Shown: positions 10,303-20,839, counted from the first letter of the stretch. The stretch: DNA of 48,887 bases from an uncultured delta proteobacterium (GCA_963804165.1 CAWDPO010000029.1:1-48887), one strand, 5' to 3'. The notes: generated by a model from the letters alone, not told the origin. Program-made: numbers and translations.

Positions 10303-11016
10303 ATGCAGGTCGCGGAATGGAGACAAACCATCGGCAACATGGTGCGCGAACATATGCGCTCACCGGAACTGGAGCATTACTTCTCGGTCAAGATGAACAA
10401 ACCGCGGGCGCAGTTGATGATCACTCAGCTCGGGCTTTACATTCGCCACCGGCGCGACTGTTGGGCGCTCGTCTCGGCCAATTGCCCGGTGATGGCGATC
10501 AAGCAAGCGATCTTGCAGCATGAGTACGGCGAAGTGATCAAAGATCAGTTTTCCGATTACGGCCATCTGCACCTAATTATTCGCCAAGCGCAGAAATTGG
10601 GCTTGACGCCGCAGCAAGTCATCGACACCAAACCCATCGTCAGCACTACGGCGACGCTTTATGCCTGGGCATGGCTGACCCACGCCAAAAGTTGGATCGA
10701 AGGATTGGCCGCATTGACGGTTACGGAATGGACCAATGACGATCGTTTGTTAAAAGACATCGGCGGCGGGCATTCCACGCGCATGGGTAAGCGTTGGACG
10801 GAGGACATGGGAATTCCCTGGCGCGATATGCCGAACTTTGTGGCCCACTCGCAAGCGGACGAAGAACACAGCGATATGTTTCTGCCGTTTTTAGAAGAGT
10901 ACGCTGTGGGTGAAAAAGAACAAATCGCACTCGATGCGGTAAAAGAATCGCTGGATCTATTCGGGATGTATCGCGAGGGAGTGGCTCGGGCGATGGAAAA
11001 AATTTCGCTGAATTGA
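10303..11016 (+). CDS. Heme-oxygenase-like (TenA/PqqC/CADD superfamily) putative di-metal redox enzyme, RRDCW type (HDO-A1)
   Basis: Helical-looking 237 aa; ANCP segment as in PqqC; CADD-like ligand pattern HEYGE...GH, TE, HSQADEEH (H-x3-D-x2-H); AAGGAG RBS. Confidence 0.75.
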   Translation: MQVAEWRQTIGNMVREHMRSPELEHYFSVKMNKPRAQLMITQLGLYIRHRRDCWALVSANCPVMAIKQAILQHEYGEVIKDQFSDYGHLHLIIRQAQKLGLTPQQVIDTKPIVSTTATLYAWAWLTHAKSWIEGLAALTVTEWTNDDRLLKDIGGGHSTRMGKRWTEDMGIPWRDMPNFVAHSQADEEHSDMFLPFLEEYAVGEKEQIALDAVKESLDLFGMYREGVARAMEKISLN

Positions 11017-11027
11017 ACGGTGGCGAT

Positions 11028-11108
11028 TGTCATTTCGAGGAGCGAAGCGACGACAAATCTTTCCGATTCTCGATTCGGTCGAGATCCTTCACTTCGTTCA
11101 GGATGACA
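11028..11108. repeat. REP-like palindrome (TGTCATT...ATGACA type)
   Basis: tgtcatttcgaggagcgaagcgacgacaaatct ... agatccttcacttcgttcaggatgaca; related copies at 19,035, 27,691 and 47,665. Confidence 0.75.
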
Positions 11109-11185
11109 CCACCAACCAAGAAAGCTTATAAAAATGTTTGACGGTCATAGTAACATTGTCGTGTAAAGGACCAGGAGGAACTGCC

Positions 11186-11524
11186 ATGGAAAAACCGAGA
11201 ATCAGGCATATCGCGATTAACGTCGAAGACCTCGACAAGACCGCGGAGTACTATAAAAAGGTCTTCGGCATGGAAGAAAAACATCGGCGGCCCGGCGGAA
11301 CTATTTATTTATCCGACGGCCATTTCGATCTCGCTCTCATCCATACCGACAAATATCCTTGGGGAATCCACCACTTCGGTTTCAAGGTCGATAGCGTCAA
11401 AGAAATCGAGAAAATTGCCGACACAAAAGCCGAGGACAACACCTACGGGGCCATTGCGGAAAGCTGGATCAAAGACGTCGAGGGGAACCGCGTCGACGTC
11501 TCCGAGCACGGCTGGCCGATCTAG
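11186..11524 (+). CDS. VOC/glyoxalase family protein
   Basis: IRHIAINVEDLDKTAEYYKKVFG, GIHHFGFKVD, KDVEGNRVDVS; AGGAGG RBS before the ATG at 11,186. Confidence 0.85.
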   Translation: MEKPRIRHIAINVEDLDKTAEYYKKVFGMEEKHRRPGGTIYLSDGHFDLALIHTDKYPWGIHHFGFKVDSVKEIEKIADTKAEDNTYGAIAESWIKDVEGNRVDVSEHGWPI

Positions 11525-11630
11525 CACGCCGAACGTTCTTCGAAACCACTAGCTCTAGGGGAGAGTCTTCGAAAGACTAGTTGTTCCCGGGCCAAGTCGT
11601 GCAAAAATCATACAGTCGACTGATCTCAAT

Positions 11631-11716
11631 TCCCCCTTTGAAAAAGGGGGATAGAGGGGGATTTGCTTCACAGTCTGTTTCGAAATTCCCCCGAACCCCC
11701 CTTTGCCAAAGGGGGG
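11631..11716. repeat. REP-like palindromic pair (CCCCCTTT..AAAGGGGG type)
   Basis: tccccctttgaaaaagggggatagagggggatt ... aattcccccgaaccccc..tttgccaaagggggg. Confidence 0.8.
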
Positions 11717-11730
11717 TAGTAAAATTCGAC

Positions 11731-12708
11731 GTGAAGCGACATTCGAAGAATAATAGTTCAACCGCCCGCCTTCTGATTCTTGCACTTGTTTCGCTTTCTC
11801 TCCTATTGACGCCGTTAACCTCGCCGGCGCAGAGCCCGCCTAAGGTGAGTGTCGCTTATGCCGCCATCAGCCCCATATTCGCGGGAGTATGGATGGCCAA
11901 GGAGATCGGCGCCTTCGAGAAGCACGGGCTCAAGTCGGAGTTGGTTTACATCAGTTCCGGCAGTATTACCGTTCAGGCGATGGTGGGCGGTAATTTGGAC
12001 ATGAGCGTAGCCGCGAGCAACGCCGTGGTGAGCTCGATTCTTCGCGGCGCGCCGCTGATCGCTGTCGGCAGTATCACCAACCGGCCCGCCATGAGTTTGT
12101 TTGTCCAACCGGAAATCTCCAGACCTGAGCAGCTTCAAGGCAAAGCGCTCGCGATAACCCGCCACGGCTCCTCGACGCATTTTCTAACTCTTTTCGTTCT
12201 CGAAAAGCTCGGTCTAAAAGACAAGGTCAAGATCCAACCCATGGGCGGGACTCGCGAAGTCGACACCGCGGTTCGAACCGGAATGGTCGCGGGAGCCGTG
12301 CGTAGCATGAAGCCGGGCCCAAAAACGCGAATGTTGGTCGATTTGCCTGACTTAGGGATTCCGTTCTCGATGGATCTCATCGCGGTGAAGCGCGAGTTTT
12401 CCAAGAATTCTCCTCGCTCCGTGGAAGCGATGCTCAAGGCGTATATCGAGGGAGTCGCGGCGCTGCGAACCAGAAAAGAATTCGCTTACAAGGTTCTGGG
12501 CAAGTACCTTCTTGGCGGCGAGTCGCTGGACGAAGCCTATGAGTACGCGGTCAAATATCTTGATCGCGAGGCAAAAGTCGATCCGGCGGTTATTCAGACG
12601 GTTTTGAACTGGGAGAATAAAGGCGAGACTTCGGTCAACGACTTTTTCGATAATTCGATCATCGATCGAATCATCAAAGAGGGGTTTGTCGACCGGCTGT
12701 ACAAATAA
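11731..12708 (+). CDS. NMT1/THI5/SsuA-type substrate-binding protein (SBP2)
   Basis: Signal peptide then YAAISPIFAGVWMAKEIGAFEKHGL, QLQGKALAITRHGS, DNSIIDRIIKEGFVDRLY. Start taken at the GTG at 11,731 because the longer ORF runs through a REP. Confidence 0.85.
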   Translation: MKRHSKNNSSTARLLILALVSLSLLLTPLTSPAQSPPKVSVAYAAISPIFAGVWMAKEIGAFEKHGLKSELVYISSGSITVQAMVGGNLDMSVAASNAVVSSILRGAPLIAVGSITNRPAMSLFVQPEISRPEQLQGKALAITRHGSSTHFLTLFVLEKLGLKDKVKIQPMGGTREVDTAVRTGMVAGAVRSMKPGPKTRMLVDLPDLGIPFSMDLIAVKREFSKNSPRSVEAMLKAYIEGVAALRTRKEFAYKVLGKYLLGGESLDEAYEYAVKYLDREAKVDPAVIQTVLNWENKGETSVNDFFDNSIIDRIIKEGFVDRLYK

Positions 12709-12785
12709 TCGATCCGCGACTGCGGCGTTTGTCCTGAGTCGCGTCAGCCAGCAGGTAGGTTAGAAGAGATACGAAGGAGAAGAGC

Positions 12786-13517
12786 ATGAATCAAGCGGAG
12801 TGGCGGCGCGAGCTTGGAGAGATCGTGCGAAACGCGATGCGCTCGCCCGAGATCGAGCACTATTTCAAGGTCAAGATCACCAAGGCCGGCGCCCGGGCGC
12901 TGACCACACAGCTCGGACTGTTCATTCGCCATCGGCGCGACTGCTGGGCGCATGTCTCGGCCAACTGCCCGCACATGACGGTGAAGCAAAAAATTCTACG
13001 CCACGAATATGGCGAAGTGATTAAGGACGAATATACCGAGCACGGTCATCTGGATCTCATAGTCCGCCAAGGCAAGGCGCTGGGGTTGTCGGTCAAGGAA
13101 ACGCTCGGGGTCGAGCCGTTGCCTACGACGATGGCTACCTTGTATGCCTGGGGCTGGATGACCAGGGAAAAAAGCTGGCTCGAAGGGATGGTGTCATTGT
13201 CCGTTACCGAGTGGGCCAACGACGACCGCTTGCATCGCGACATCGGCGGTGGGCTGTCGAGCCGGATGGCGAAGCGCTGGATGGATGATCTCGGCTTCGA
13301 CTGGGAGCAAATGCCGAATTTCAAAGTGCACAGCCAGGCGGACGAAGAGCATAGCGACATGTTTCTCGAAGATCTCGAACGCTTCGCCGTCGGTGACAAG
13401 GAAGGCCTCGTCATTCAGGCCGCCAAAGAGTCGATGGAGCTGCACAAACTATTTCGCGGCGGCATCGCGAAAGAGATGGAGAAGTTCGCGAACTGGCTTA
13501 GTCGAAGACGTGGTTGA
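12786..13517 (+). CDS. Heme-oxygenase-like putative di-metal enzyme, RRDCW type (HDO-A2)
   Basis: RHRRDCW, SANCP, HEYGE..GH, TEW, HSQADEEH; clear paralog of 10303-11016. Confidence 0.75.
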   Translation: MNQAEWRRELGEIVRNAMRSPEIEHYFKVKITKAGARALTTQLGLFIRHRRDCWAHVSANCPHMTVKQKILRHEYGEVIKDEYTEHGHLDLIVRQGKALGLSVKETLGVEPLPTTMATLYAWGWMTREKSWLEGMVSLSVTEWANDDRLHRDIGGGLSSRMAKRWMDDLGFDWEQMPNFKVHSQADEEHSDMFLEDLERFAVGDKEGLVIQAAKESMELHKLFRGGIAKEMEKFANWLSRRRG

Positions 13518-13623
13518 TCCTTCACTTGCGGCTAAGGAGGACAGGGATTTGTTCCTCTCCGGACATGACACCAAAGAGTGAGCTGCAAGCGGGATTTGAT
13601 ACCGCCGTGACGGGATAACAACG

Positions 13624-14331
13624 ATGAATACGAACGAATGGTCCGCGGCTTTTGGCGAATTGGCGCGGCAAACGATGTCTTCGCCGGAGCTCGAGCGTTA
13701 TTTTTCCATATCGATTACCAAGGCTCGTGCGCAATTGATTCTACAGCAACTTTCGCTCTATGTGCGCCACCGGCGCGATTGTTGGGCTTACGTTTCGGGA
13801 AATACGCCTGTGCTCGCGGTGAAGCAGAAGATTCTCGGCCACGAATATGAAGAGATGATCCGCGACCAGCATTCGGAGCATGGCCATCTGGATTTGATCA
13901 TTCGTCAGGGAAAATGCATCGGTCTTAGCGCTGATGATATTTTAAACGCCAAGCCAATAGCCAGCACATCGGCGACACTGTATGCCTGGGGCTGGATGTG
14001 CAAGAAAAAGCATTGGCTCGAGGGGCTGGCGGCGATGAGTATGACCGAATGGAATCAGGACGATCGCCTGCTGGGAGACCTGGGTGGCGGCCATGCGTTC
14101 AAAATGGGCCAGCGATGGGTCGAGCATTTGGGCATCACCTGGGACGATCTGCCGAATTGGAAGGCGCACCGTGAGGCCGATAAAGGTCATGTCGATATGT
14201 TCCTCCCGGTTTGGGAGGAATACGGCAAAGATGAAAACGAAAGATTGATTTTGCAGGCGGCAAAAGAGTCGGAAGAGCTTTACCGCGTCTATCAAGCGGG
14301 ACTGGCAGACGCCATGGAACGGATGTCTTGA
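13624..14331 (+). CDS. Heme-oxygenase-like putative di-metal enzyme, RRDCW type (HDO-A3)
   Basis: RHRRDCW, SGNTP, HEYEE..GH, TEW, HREADKGH. Confidence 0.75.
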   Translation: MNTNEWSAAFGELARQTMSSPELERYFSISITKARAQLILQQLSLYVRHRRDCWAYVSGNTPVLAVKQKILGHEYEEMIRDQHSEHGHLDLIIRQGKCIGLSADDILNAKPIASTSATLYAWGWMCKKKHWLEGLAAMSMTEWNQDDRLLGDLGGGHAFKMGQRWVEHLGITWDDLPNWKAHREADKGHVDMFLPVWEEYGKDENERLILQAAKESEELYRVYQAGLADAMERMS

Positions 14332-14412
14332 TTCGGTTTTTAATGAAATGTGAACCCCTCGAAAGAGATCTGAAAGGGTGATGCTATCTCGACAGATGTT
14401 GCCGGGAATTTA

Positions 14413-14528
14413 TTCCTTCCCCCTCGACGGGGGAAGGTTAGGATGGGGGTGCCGATTGCAAAGTGGGCACCCCCACCCCGGATCAAGTCCGGGGCAAGCT
14501 CTTAATCCTCCCCGTCGAGGGGGAGGAA
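14413..14528. repeat. REP-like palindromic pair (CCTTCCCC..GACGGGGGAAGG type) with nested mini-hairpin
   Basis: Same family as 17,192-17,285; carries an extra ccccggatcaagtccgggg at about 14,476-14,494. Confidence 0.78.
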
Positions 14529-14578
14529 TCGCTGCGCTAAAGGAAGAGCGAAGGCAATTTACTCACAAAGGCTGCGAC

Positions 14579-15536
14579 GTGTCTTGTAAGTTTCTAACTT
14601 GCGTGATTTTCATTACGCCTATTGTTGTCGACTCCGCTGAACTCCCCCGCGAAAAAATTGCAATTGCCTACGCGGCCATCAGTCCGAGCATGTCGGGCGT
14701 CTGGATGGCGAAGGAAATCGGCGCATTCGAGCGCAACGGTTTGACTGCGGAGCTTGTCCATATCAGCTCGGGCGCGACGTCGATCCAGGCGCTGGTGGGC
14801 GGCAGCGTGCAAGCGGCCTTGGGCGCAAGCAACGCGGTCGTCGCCGCTACGGTCAAAGGAGCGCCGATCATCGCGGTCGCGAGCAATACGAGCCGGCCCG
14901 GCATGCAGCTTTGGGTTCAGCCGGAGATTCAGCGGGCTGAACAGCTGCAGGGCAAGACGCTTGCGATCACCCGTTTTGGATCGACCAGCGATTTCGTCAC
15001 ACGGCTCGTTCTGCGCAAACTGAATCTCGAAGGCAAAATTGAGCTGCGTCAATTCGGCGGTGTAGTCGAAGCCGATATCGGATTTCGCGCGCGCCAGGCG
15101 GAGGGCCGGGTCTCATCGCAGGCGCCCGGCCCGCAAGCGAAGATGCTCGTTGATGCGGCGGAGCTCGGCATTCCGTTTTCGATGAATCTGTTGGGCGTGA
15201 GCAACGACTATTTGCAAAAATCGCCGAAGTCGGTGGAGGCCATCGTCAGAGCTTATATCGAAGGAATCGCCGCGCTCAAAACCAGAAAAGCGCAGGCGCT
15301 CAAGCTGCTCGAGAAATATATGGGACAGCGCGGCGGCAGCTGCGGAGCTGCATTACGAGTTTGTCAGCAAGTATCTGGATGCAGTGCCGCGCGTCGATCC
15401 GGCGGCGGTGGACACGGTACTGGAGATGGTCGGAGCGAAAGGCGCGGCGAAAGCAAAACTCTTCGATAACTCCATCGTCGACCGGTTGGCGCAGGAAGGT
15501 TTCATCGACAAGCTTTATAAAGGAGCAAAGCCATGA
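14579..15536 (+). CDS. NMT1/THI5/SsuA-type substrate-binding protein (SBP3), one frameshift near 15,340
   Basis: YAAISPSMSGVWMAKEIGAFERNGL, QLQGKTLAITRFGS; the C-terminus DNSIVDRLAQEGFIDKLYKGAKP* is in another frame, and its TGA overlaps the next ATG (ATGA). Start uncertain. Confidence 0.8.
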
Positions 15537-16243
15537 CCGAGAACCAGTGGCGCGATTGTTTGGGCGAACTGGTGCGCGATTATATCCGTTCACCCGAGCT
15601 GGAATATTATTTTTCGATCAAGATGAACAAGCCCCGGGCGGCGGTCATGGTCAAGCAGCAGAGCTTGTTCGTGCGCCACCGCCGCGATTGCTGGGCGCAT
15701 GTCTCGGCGAATTGTCCCGTGCTAGGGGTCAAACAGCGGATCTTGGAGCACGAGTACGAGGAGATTATTCGCGACGATTTTTCCGACTACGGCCACCTGC
15801 ACCTGATCATTCGCCAGGGAAAATCGGTGGGTCTCGAGCCGGAGGAGATTATCAACGCCGAACCGTTGCCCGAGACCCGCGCGACGCTTTACGCCTGGTC
15901 GTGGATGACCAGCGAGATGCCATGGACCGAGTCGCTCGCCGGCATGACCATCACCGAATGGTGCAACGACGACCGCTTGCTCGGCGATCTGGGCGGTGGG
16001 CAGTCCACGCGCATGGCGAAGAAATGGATGGAGGACATGGGCTTTACCTGGAAAGAGATCCCCAACCTGCAGGCACACAGCCAGGCGGACGAGAAGCATA
16101 GCGATATGTTTTTGCCGTTTCTTGCCGAGCATGCCGCCGGCCAAAAGGAGGCGCCGGCAATTCAAGCCGCGAGAGACTCTCTGGCTTTCAATGCGATGTA
16201 CCGCAAGGGCATCGCGCTGGCGCAGGAGAGAATTCCGGCGTAG
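15533..16243 (+). CDS. Heme-oxygenase-like putative di-metal enzyme, RRDCW type (HDO-A4)
   Basis: RHRRDCW, SANCP, HEYEE..GH, TEW, HSQADEKH; translationally coupled to SBP3. Confidence 0.75.
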   Translation: MTENQWRDCLGELVRDYIRSPELEYYFSIKMNKPRAAVMVKQQSLFVRHRRDCWAHVSANCPVLGVKQRILEHEYEEIIRDDFSDYGHLHLIIRQGKSVGLEPEEIINAEPLPETRATLYAWSWMTSEMPWTESLAGMTITEWCNDDRLLGDLGGGQSTRMAKKWMEDMGFTWKEIPNLQAHSQADEKHSDMFLPFLAEHAAGQKEAPAIQAARDSLAFNAMYRKGIALAQERIPA

Positions 16244-16391
16244 AAGGTGGAGTAATGGGTTGAGGTGGATAGGAGAAAAATTCCTCGGTTTGCTCGGAAT
16301 GACAAGGGTTGTCCCGAATGCGGTGAGAGATCTTTTCGGCTGCAGGGAGAGCGGATTTCAGGATTCAATAAAATAGTGTTCAGGAGGTTTT

Positions 16392-17091
16392 ATGAGTCTT
16401 TGGCCGAAAGTAAGAGAGGAACTCAACGTAATTGTCAATCGCCACTTCGAAACGCCGGAGTATCAAACAACTGTTTTCCGTGAAGCTCACACCGGCACGG
16501 CAGAAGATATGGGACCTGCACTATCCGCACTATATTAAAAGCCGGCGCGATTGCTGGGGCGCGGCGGCGGTTAAGGCGCCGCTCGATGTGAAGAGAGCGA
16601 TCTGGGAGCATGAGAAGGACGAGCTGATATTCGACAAACGCATGGGGTCGGCGCATTTGACCGATCAACAGATGGCCGAAGCGACGGCTGAATCCAATTT
16701 GCTTCCCGGCGTGCGCGCGGCGCTCATGGCGTGGATGTATCTGGCTACGACACGACCGTGGATCGAGTCGTTGACGGTCAATCACATCACCGAGCGGAAA
16801 AACAACCCGGCAATCGTCAAGGGCGGAGGTTTCACCGCGCGTTTCGCGCACAAGCGAGTCGCCGATCAAGGCGGCACGATTGACGGGCTCGATATCAACA
16901 CGAAAGTGCACATGGTGGCCGACGAAGATCACTCCGACATGTTCGAACCCATCTACGACCGCTACGTTGCCGACGAACAGGCGGCCGAAGCCGTTATTCG
17001 CGCGGCATTGGATAGCCTCGCGGTAGACCGCGCATATCGCAGCGCGCTGGCAACGGCGATGGCGCAGATTGAAGAATCGGCGGCGGCGTAG
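16392..17091 (+). CDS. Divergent heme-oxygenase-like putative di-metal enzyme, RRDCW type (HDO-A5), frameshift near 16,466
   Basis: AGGAGG RBS and ATG at 16,392 give MSLWPKVREELNVIVNRHFETPEY, which joins LFSVKLT...SRRDCW, HEKDE..AH, TERK, HMVADEDH of ORF 16432-17091. Confidence 0.7.
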
Positions 17092-17107
17092 CGCGCGAAG
17101 CGCGACC

Positions 17108-17142
17108 GTTCAAGGTTCCACGTTTAAGGTTCAAGGTTCAAT
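17108..17142. repeat. Short tandem heptamer repeat (GTTCAAG-like x5)
   Basis: gttcaag gttccac gtttaag gttcaag gttcaat. Confidence 0.65.
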
Positions 17143-17191
17143 GCTGCCGGCCGAGCCCCTCAGTGCTCCGTTAAGGGGAAGCTTCGAATTG

Positions 17192-17285
17192 CTTCTTCCC
17201 CCTTGACGGGGGAAGATCGAGATGGGGGTGCTTGGAGAACTTAAGATCACCCCTTCCTTTGTCCTTCCCCGTCGAGGGGAAGGAG
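17192..17285. repeat. REP-like palindromic pair (CTTCCCCC..GACGGGGGAAG type)
   Basis: cttcttcccccttgacgggggaagatcgagatgggggtg ... caccccttcctttgtccttccccgtcgaggggaaggag. Confidence 0.78.
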
Positions 17286-17330
17286 TTGAAGTCGGAGCAT
17301 TAGCAACCTCTGCAACATTTTTTGACTGCC

Positions 17331-18908
17331 ATGGCGCAACAATTTTCCGTCCTCGCCAAAAACGGCATGGTGGTATCGAGCCAGCCGCTGGCGACGTTAG
17401 CCGGCGTGCAGATGCTCATGAGTGGCGGCAACGCCATCGATGCGGCGATCGCGACCGCGGCGGTGCTGGGTGTTGTGGAAGCATCGTCCATCGGCATCGG
17501 CGGCGATGCATTTTGTCTATTTTATTCAGCCAAAGAAAAGAAGATGAAAGCGCTCGATGCCAGCGGCAGATCACCCTATGCAGCTAGCCTTGCCTACTGC
17601 CGACGGAGTGGTTTCAAAGAGATGCCGCAGCGCGGCATTCATTCCGTTACCGTGCCCGGAGCGGTTCATGGCTGGACGACGCTGCTTGAATCGCACGGGT
17701 CAAAGTCGCTGAGCGAAGTCCTGCAGCCGGCGATTCGTCACGCCGAAGAAGGTTTTCCCGTGGCAGAGCTCACCGCCGAGTCGTGGCATGAGTCGGAATC
17801 GAGACTGAAAAGCGACGAAGGCGCGGCGATCAATTATCTTATCCATGGTCGTAGCCCGAAAGCCGGCGAAATTTTCAGAATTCCCGCGGATGGCGGAAAC
17901 GCTGAGACGGATCGCGGCGGAAGGCGCGGAATATTTTTATAAAGGCGAAGTCGCCAAGAAGCTCGTGCGTTGTTCGGAAAGACTTGGCGGACTTTTCACT
18001 CTCAAGGATTTTGCCGATCAACCTCGGATTGGGTCGAGCCGATCAGCGCTAACTATCGTGGTTACGATATTTACGAGATGCCGCCGGCTACGCAGGGGTT
18101 TGTCGCGCTGGAAATGCTTAGGATACTTGAAGGTTTCGATCTGAAAGGCGCGGGGCCGCAGAGCGCGGACACTGTTGCATTTGATGATTGAGGCGAAAAA
18201 ACTGCGCGTTTGCCGATCGCGATCGCTATTTCGCAGACCGTGATTTCATGAAAGTTCCCGTCGGAAGACTTTTCACAGCCAAGCGCGTAGAAAAGTTGCG
18301 GTCGGAAATTCAGCTGGCTCAGGCTGCCGCGCGAAGACGAGAATGTACCTACGGGCACGGATACTGAATATGTCGCCGCCGCTGACAGCGAAGGCAATCT
18401 GGTTTCATTCATACAAAGTAACTTCATGGGATTCGGTTCGGGCGTGGTCGAGCCGGAAACGGCAATTATTTTGCAGAACCGCGGCCATCTTTTTTCGCTC
18501 GACGAAAATCACGCGAATTGTATCGGTCCACATAAGCGCTGCGTGCATACGCTGATGCCCGGAATGATTCTTAAAGCAGGCAAACCTTATGCTGCGCTTG
18601 GATTGAAAGGCGGCCATGTGCAGCCGCAAGTGCAAGTACAGATTATCTCGAATCTGATCGATTTCGGCATGACGCCGCAGCAGGCCATCGCAGCGCCGCG
18701 CTTCAATCATGTCGACGGGTCGAAAGTAAGTTTAGAGCCAGAGTTTGCTCAGGACGTGAAAGATGAATTGGCCCGCCGCGGCCACGAAGTCGTGACCGGC
18801 AACGCGGAGAGCTTCGGCGGCGCGCACGCGATCCTGATTCACCCCGAATCCGGAGCCTTCGTCGGCGGCTCCGACCCGCGCAAGGGCGGCTGCGCGCTCG
18901 GGTTCTAA
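17331..18908 (+). CDS. Gamma-glutamyltransferase family (Ntn hydrolase), several frameshifts
   Basis: GMVVSSQPLA, GGNAIDAAIA, GIGGDAF, SVTVPGAV, YEMPPATQG, nucleophile region GTDTEYVAAADSEGN, LQNRG, GGSDPRKGGCA; indels near 17,880, 18,020 and 18,180-18,300. Confidence 0.88.
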
Positions 18909-19034
18909 GAAATTCGATTCGACTAGAACGAACGTAGGATGGTGGAGCCGCAACCGAATCGGAAGATCTCGCGCCAAGGCGCAAAGCGCGCAAAGTAAAT
19001 CCACTGATCTCTAACGCTGCGCAATTTCCCATCG

Positions 19035-19138
19035 TGTCATTCTGAGGAGCTTAGCGACGAAGAATCTGCTTTTGCTTCGCGTAGGCTGGTCAAAGGACAG
19101 CGGGGAAAGCAGACCCTTCGCTGCCACTCAGGGTTACA
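19035..19138. repeat. REP-like palindrome (TGTCATTCTGAG type)
   Basis: tgtcattctgaggagcttagcgacgaagaatctgcttt ... aaagcagacccttcgctgccactcagggttaca. Confidence 0.75.
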
Positions 19139-19238
19139 GACTTGCGAGCGCGCTCTAGTTTCGTTATCGCTTCTCTCGCTGCTGGCGTTCCCGCAGAAAA
19201 TCAAATATCACCAGGTACAAGGATTTGACCAGGGGAGA

Positions 19239-20839
19239 ATGAATATGGGCTATTTCAAGGATTTGCGAGAGCATATCGAGGCGCTGGATAAAGCCGGCTT
19301 GCTCGTCAAGATCGACGAGCAGATCAACAAAGACACGGAGCTGATGCCGCTCGTGCGCTGGCAGTTTCGTGGGCTTTCCGAAGAAGAGCGGCGCGCGTTT
19401 TTGTTTACCAACGTCATCGATGCTAAAGGGCGCAAGTATGATATTCCCGTTGTCGTCGGCACGCTGGCGGCGTCGCGGCAGATCTATGGATTTGGCCTGC
19501 AATGCAAACCCGAAGAGATCGTCGATCGTTGGAACAAGGCGCAGAGCAATCCGATTGCCCGACGATCGTCGATAAGGCGCCAGTGCATGAAGTTGTCTAC
19601 GCGGGCGCTTCGCTGCTGGAAAAAGGTGGCTTAGGAGAATTTCCCGTACCCATCTCCACGCCCGGTTACGATTGCGCGCCGTTCACCACGGCGTCGCATT
19701 GGTTCACACGCGATCCGGAGACCGGCAACATTAACATCGGCAACTACCGCGGCCATATCAAAAGCCCGACGCGGACCGGCGTGTTTCTGAGCTCGAGCAA
19801 TCACGGCGGTTATCACTGGCGCAAGTGCCAGGAGCGGGGAATTCCGCTGCAAGCGGCGTTGGTGATCGGCGCGCCGCCGTGCGTTTCCTATACCGCGCCG
19901 GCGCGCATCCCATTCAGCGTGAGCGAGCTCGACGTCGCCGGCGGTCTCGCCGGGGCCCCGGTTGAGGTCGTCAAGTGCAAGACCAACGACGTGCTCGTGC
20001 CGGCCAACGCCGAGATCGTCATCGAGGGCGAGATCTCTACGGAATTCTTAGAGCCGGAAGCGCCGTTCGGCGAATCGACCGGCTATATCGCCGAGCGCTT
20101 GCTCAATCCTTTCTTCGAGGTGAAGTGCATCACGCACAGAAAAGATCCGATCTTCGCCACCATCATCAGCCAGATGCCGCCGAGCGAGTCGAGCGTGATG
20201 CGCCAGGTGGCGGCGGAAGGAAATTATCTGCGTTTCCTGCGCGATCAGTGCAATATTCCCGGCATCATCGAAGTGGCTTTTCATAGCATCGCCGTGCGCC
20301 AGATTTGTGTGATCAAAATGAAAAAGATCAACCAGGCGCACGTCTGGCAAGCGTTGCACAGCATGGTCGGCTACAATCCCGCCACCGGCAAGATGGTCAT
20401 CGCCGTCGACGACGATATCAATCCGCGCAATTTGGATTCGCTATTCTGGGCCATGGCGTTTCGCATGCAGCCGCATCGCGACGTGCTGATTATCCGCAAC
20501 CGCACGCCGCAGATGGACCCGTCGGTTTTTCCGCCGGGACAGGAAACGGGCCATTCCTTGGACGAGATTGCCGGCGCTTCGGCCATGCTCATCGACGCCA
20601 CGCGTAAGTGGGACTATCCGCCGGTGTCGCTGCCGAAAAAAGAATACATGGAACGCGCCAAGCAGCTCTGGGAACGTTTGGAATTGCCCAAGCTCAAACC
20701 GCAGGATCCTTGGTACGGTTATAATCTAGGTCTGTGGTCGGAGGAAGACGAGAACGAGGCGGAGCTCGCGGTCCAGGGTGAGCACTATCAGACCGGCGAG
20801 AAGCGTTTACAGCAGCGGGTAAGGATTAAAAAGATTTGA
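19239..20839 (+). CDS. UbiD family prFMN-dependent (de)carboxylase (UbiD-1), frameshift near 19,560
   Basis: KDLREHIEAL, NIGNYR, VPANAEIVIEG, EAPFGESTGY, IAVDDDI, IDATRK; split over ORFs 19239-19634 and 19502-20839. Confidence 0.9.

Noticed and set aside
11581-11730. Long N-terminal extension of SBP2 (and similarly ORF 14378 for SBP3)
   Set aside because: The extensions are read-through of REP palindromes upstream of the signal peptide.
10303-17091. Thiamine salvage locus (TenA plus ThiY-like SBPs)
   Set aside because: The proteins keep a CADD-like E/H/D metal-ligand set that TenA lacks; no thi genes, ThiXZ transporter or TPP riboswitch was recognised.
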